Positions 60,996 through 64,000 of a stretch of DNA of 64,000 nt are shown one piece after another. The stretch is taken from NCBI GenBank assembly GCA_965228735.1, contig OZ245838.1:512001-576000 (forward strand). Direction: 5' to 3'. The translations under genes were made by a program, and so were the position numbers. The notes beneath the pieces were generated by a model. The model ran no database searches and was not told where the DNA came from. It saw only the letters and a program-made list of their open reading frames with translations. Each line of letters opens with the position of its first letter. Position 1 is the first letter of the stretch. The stretch comes from Planctomycetota bacterium. Lineage in GTDB: Bacteria; Planctomycetota; UBA1135; UBA2386.

Positions 60996-63413
60996 ATGAG
61001 CGCGAAACTACCGATATCTCTGGCCGTCGTGCTGCCAGATGTTGAGGAAGGACGCGATGCTTGTGTTCGTCGCCTGGAGGAGCTTCTGGAAGCGAAGAGC
61101 GGCGTCAGCAAAGTGCATCGCATCATCGAATGCGATGACGGCACTCCGGAGCGTCTGTGCGTGCACTTCGATCGTCGCCGGCTATCCGTGGCAGATGTCT
61201 GCGACTACGCACGGAGAGCGGGGCTAGAGCTCCACGAGCGGTATGGACACGTCGCCTCACGAGCGCCCTCGATGCATGCCCGCAAGGCCCGGCAGCTGAG
61301 CGAGAGTCTTCTGCGAGAACCAGGTGTCGTTGAAGCGTGTGTGTCTGCCGATGGCTCGGCCCGTGTCGAGTTCGAGCGAGAAGTCACGGATGAAGCAACC
61401 GTTCGCGCGCGTCTCGCCACACTCCTCGGAGACAAACCAGACGCTGTCCAAGAAGAACACGATCATGCACACGCTGGAGGAGGGAAGGTAGAGCTCGTCT
61501 TCGCTGCGCTATCGGGTGCATTTCTCCTTCTGGGCTGGCTGCTTCCGAAGGTTGCTGCAGTGCCACCGAGCTTAGTGCTCGGTGGGTTCATCGCGGCATA
61601 TGTGTTCGGTGGGACCTTCCCGCTCAGGGAGGCTGTTGCGAACCTTCGGCACGGGCGCTTCGAGATTGACTTCTTGATGCTCCTGGCCGCCGCTGGTGCG
61701 GCTGTTCTTGGCGAGTGGGCAGAGGGGGCGTTGCTGTTGTTCCTCTTCAGCCTCGGTCATGCACTCGAAAGCTATGCGATGCGCAGGGCAAAGAATGCGA
61801 TCGAGTCGCTCGCCGAACTTGCACCGGAGACGGCCTGGGTGAGAAGGAACGGCACTGTAGACAAGGTGCCAGTCGAGGAGCTACGCGTTGGAGACACCGT
61901 CCTCGTGAAGCCCAACGAGCGCTTTCCTGCAGACGGGTTCGTCACGAAGGGCGAAAGCAGCGTCAACCAGGCTCCGATCACCGGGGAAAGCGTGCCAATC
62001 GAGAAGCAGCCGGTCGAAGACCCGCGACGAGCACGAGAAAGACCAGGCGCGGTCGGCTCTGAGAGCAGAGTCTTCGCAGGGACCATCAATGGCAGTGGCG
62101 TTCTGGACGTCTACGTCTCCCAAGCGGCAACGGAGTCGACACTGGCTCGTGTCGTGCAGATGGTCAGTGAAGCAGAGACAAGCCGTTCACCGACGCAGAA
62201 GCTGACCGACCGTTTCGAGCGAGTCTTCGTCCCGGCTGTTCTTGGAATTGCCGTACTGATGCTCTTCGGCTGGGTGGTCGTTGAGGAGTCTTTCGCAAAG
62301 AGCTTCTACCGCGCGATGGCCGTGTTAGTGGCGGCAAGTCCGTGCGCGCTTGCCATCGCGACACCAAGTGCGGTGTTGAGTGCGGTAGCGCGGGCAGCGA
62401 GGGGAGGGGTTCTCGTGAAAGGCGGAGGTCCGCTTGAGAACCTTGGGCAAGTAAGCGCGATAGCCTTCGACAAGACTGGGACGCTGACGGAGGGGAAACC
62501 AAAGCTCGTCGACGTGCATCCAGCGTCAGGAGCGACACAGCAAGAGTTGCTACGCGTTGCAGTTGGGGTGGAGGCGCTGAGCGACCATCCACTTGCTGCT
62601 GCAGTTGAGCGAGATGGGATAGAACGGCTCGGTGCAACTACTCCGGCCACCGCCTCCGGACTGCAAAGCGTGACTGGCCGCGGGGTTCGCGCAGAGGTTG
62701 AGGGTCAAGAAGTGCTCATCGGCAAGGATGACTTGTTCGAGGAAGTCCCCGGCGCAGCACTTCCTGAAGAGCTGCAACAACGCGTGGCGGAACTTGAGGA
62801 GAATGGGCGAACCACGATGATCGTTCGGCACGGGGACCAGTACCTCGGTGTCCTCGGGCTGATGGACACGCCTCGCGAAGCTGCCAACCGAACGATCGAG
62901 AGACTGCGGGCCATCGGCGTCGGGCGGATGATCATGATCTCAGGTGACAACCAACAAGTTGCTGCAGCGATTGCTGAAACCGTTGGTCTGGATGACGCCA
63001 GGGGGGATCTAATGCCCGAAGACAAGGTGGAAGCTATCAAGATGCTTCGGTCAGAAGGACTTGTGGCCATGGTCGGCGACGGGGTCAACGACGCTCCGGC
63101 AATGGCTAGCGCGACGGTAGGAATCGCCATGGGAGCTGCAGGGTCGGATGTAGCTCTCGAGACGGCGGACGTGGCTCTGATGGCTGACGATCTTGAACGG
63201 CTTCCATTCGCGGTTGGGCTGAGTCGAGCCGCGAGCCGGGCGATCAAGCAGAATCTCTGGATGAGCCTCGGTGTCGTGGCTCTTCTGGTTCCGGCCACGA
63301 TTCTAGGCCTTGGGATTGGCCCGGCTGTTGTCGTCCACGAAGGGTCTACGTTGGTCGTTGTGCTCAACGCTCTGCGCCTACTGAGATTTGAAGACACCGC
63401 AAGCGTTGTCTGA
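60996..63413 (+). CDS. P1B-4 heavy-metal ATPase (Co/Zn/Cd-type)
   Basis: TGES, SPC, DKTGT, GDGVND, HEGST. Confidence 0.95.
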   Translation: MSAKLPISLAVVLPDVEEGRDACVRRLEELLEAKSGVSKVHRIIECDDGTPERLCVHFDRRRLSVADVCDYARRAGLELHERYGHVASRAPSMHARKARQLSESLLREPGVVEACVSADGSARVEFEREVTDEATVRARLATLLGDKPDAVQEEHDHAHAGGGKVELVFAALSGAFLLLGWLLPKVAAVPPSLVLGGFIAAYVFGGTFPLREAVANLRHGRFEIDFLMLLAAAGAAVLGEWAEGALLLFLFSLGHALESYAMRRAKNAIESLAELAPETAWVRRNGTVDKVPVEELRVGDTVLVKPNERFPADGFVTKGESSVNQAPITGESVPIEKQPVEDPRRARERPGAVGSESRVFAGTINGSGVLDVYVSQAATESTLARVVQMVSEAETSRSPTQKLTDRFERVFVPAVLGIAVLMLFGWVVVEESFAKSFYRAMAVLVAASPCALAIATPSAVLSAVARAARGGVLVKGGGPLENLGQVSAIAFDKTGTLTEGKPKLVDVHPASGATQQELLRVAVGVEALSDHPLAAAVERDGIERLGATTPATASGLQSVTGRGVRAEVEGQEVLIGKDDLFEEVPGAALPEELQQRVAELEENGRTTMIVRHGDQYLGVLGLMDTPREAANRTIERLRAIGVGRMIMISGDNQQVAAAIAETVGLDDARGDLMPEDKVEAIKMLRSEGLVAMVGDGVNDAPAMASATVGIAMGAAGSDVALETADVALMADDLERLPFAVGLSRAASRAIKQNLWMSLGVVALLVPATILGLGIGPAVVVHEGSTLVVVLNALRLLRFEDTASVV

Positions 63414-63436
63414 TTCGCCTTCTTCGACTCCCAGTC

Positions 63437-64000
63437 TCAGCAGCACGCCTCACCACGCCAAGCTTCGGTACCCTCGCGAACAACAAGGGCTGCGACCCCT
63501 AGGGCCGCAAGAGGGTCTGCCCACCACCAACCGAACGCGGCGTTGAGAACAATCCCTGACAGGGCGACGATCGAAAGCCACCAGCATGCCAGGGTCTGAA
63601 AGGAGTCGGCTTCAAGCGCTCGGCTCCCCAGAACACGTGCCACGGACGATTTTGCACGCGCTAGCCACCACATGACTGCGATCGAGACTGAGACAAGAAT
63701 GATCCCGACGACGCTCGTCTCAGGGCGATCCCCGTTCCACAGCGCGAATCCAGCATCCACGGAGACGTAGGCAGCAAGGAGAAACAAGGTGCCGGCCACC
63801 AGGCGATGCGCCCGGCGGTCGAGCTTCTCGACAGCTTCCGCCGCAACGGCCGTGTTGCGCCGTTCTCGAGAGAGTCTCCACAGAACGATCAAACCAGAGG
63901 CGCTCTCTACGAAGCTATCAAGGCCAAAGCCGAGCAGCGCGACACTCCCAGCAGCAGCCGCTGCGGAAACGGCGATGACACCCTCGACGACATTCCAGCC
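63437..64000 (-). CDS. Cation transporter (CDF-like TM domain), 5' end beyond window
   Basis: GWNVVEG, FGLDSFVE, ALEADS, WWWADP, EACC. Confidence 0.85.
   Translation of the reverse strand, partial: GWNVVEGVIAVSAAAAAGSVALLGFGLDSFVESASGLIVLWRLSRERRNTAVAAEAVEKLDRRAHRLVAGTLFLLAAYVSVDAGFALWNGDRPETSVVGIILVSVSIAVMWWLARAKSSVARVLGSRALEADSFQTLACWWLSIVALSGIVLNAAFGWWWADPLAALGVAALVVREGTEAWRGEACC

Overview
High-GC bacterial DNA, probably Planctomycetota (inferred from a DUF1580-type HTH gene, the integrase N-terminal style and a recurring secreted-protein domain). Three blocks are visible. (1) 1-29.7 kb is a copper/heavy-metal region: the copA 3' end, copB, a YHS protein, a two-component system with a sigma-54 activator and matching -24/-12 promoters, and a long operon containing a Met-rich Spy/CpxP-like protein, an FAD/2Fe-2S reductase, a diheme-b-like membrane protein, a heptaheme cytochrome c, an orphan ATP-synthase epsilon and a multicopper oxidase. 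It also holds NhaD, a Cu(I) P1B-1 ATPase, a catalytically dead ATPase paralogue and a galactose-oxidase-like enzyme. (2) 29752-52874 is a ~23 kb integrative element bounded by 47-bp repeats of the tRNA-Gly(CCC) 3' half. It carries a tyrosine integrase, TGCGGTAG arm repeats, an excisionase-like gene, a primase-helicase, an iteron/DnaA-box origin, two ejection-protein-like genes but no recognisable capsid, terminase or conjugation genes, an SprT/mini-ComM/RadC/resolvase operon, HEPN and ART-like defence candidates, and an IS3 that splits a gene. (3) From 52.9 kb, probably a second island in tandem at the same tRNA, with a thioredoxin pseudogene, a Czc/Cus-type RND system, a P1B-4 ATPase and a cation transporter. 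All calls come from motif recognition by eye; no database searches were run.
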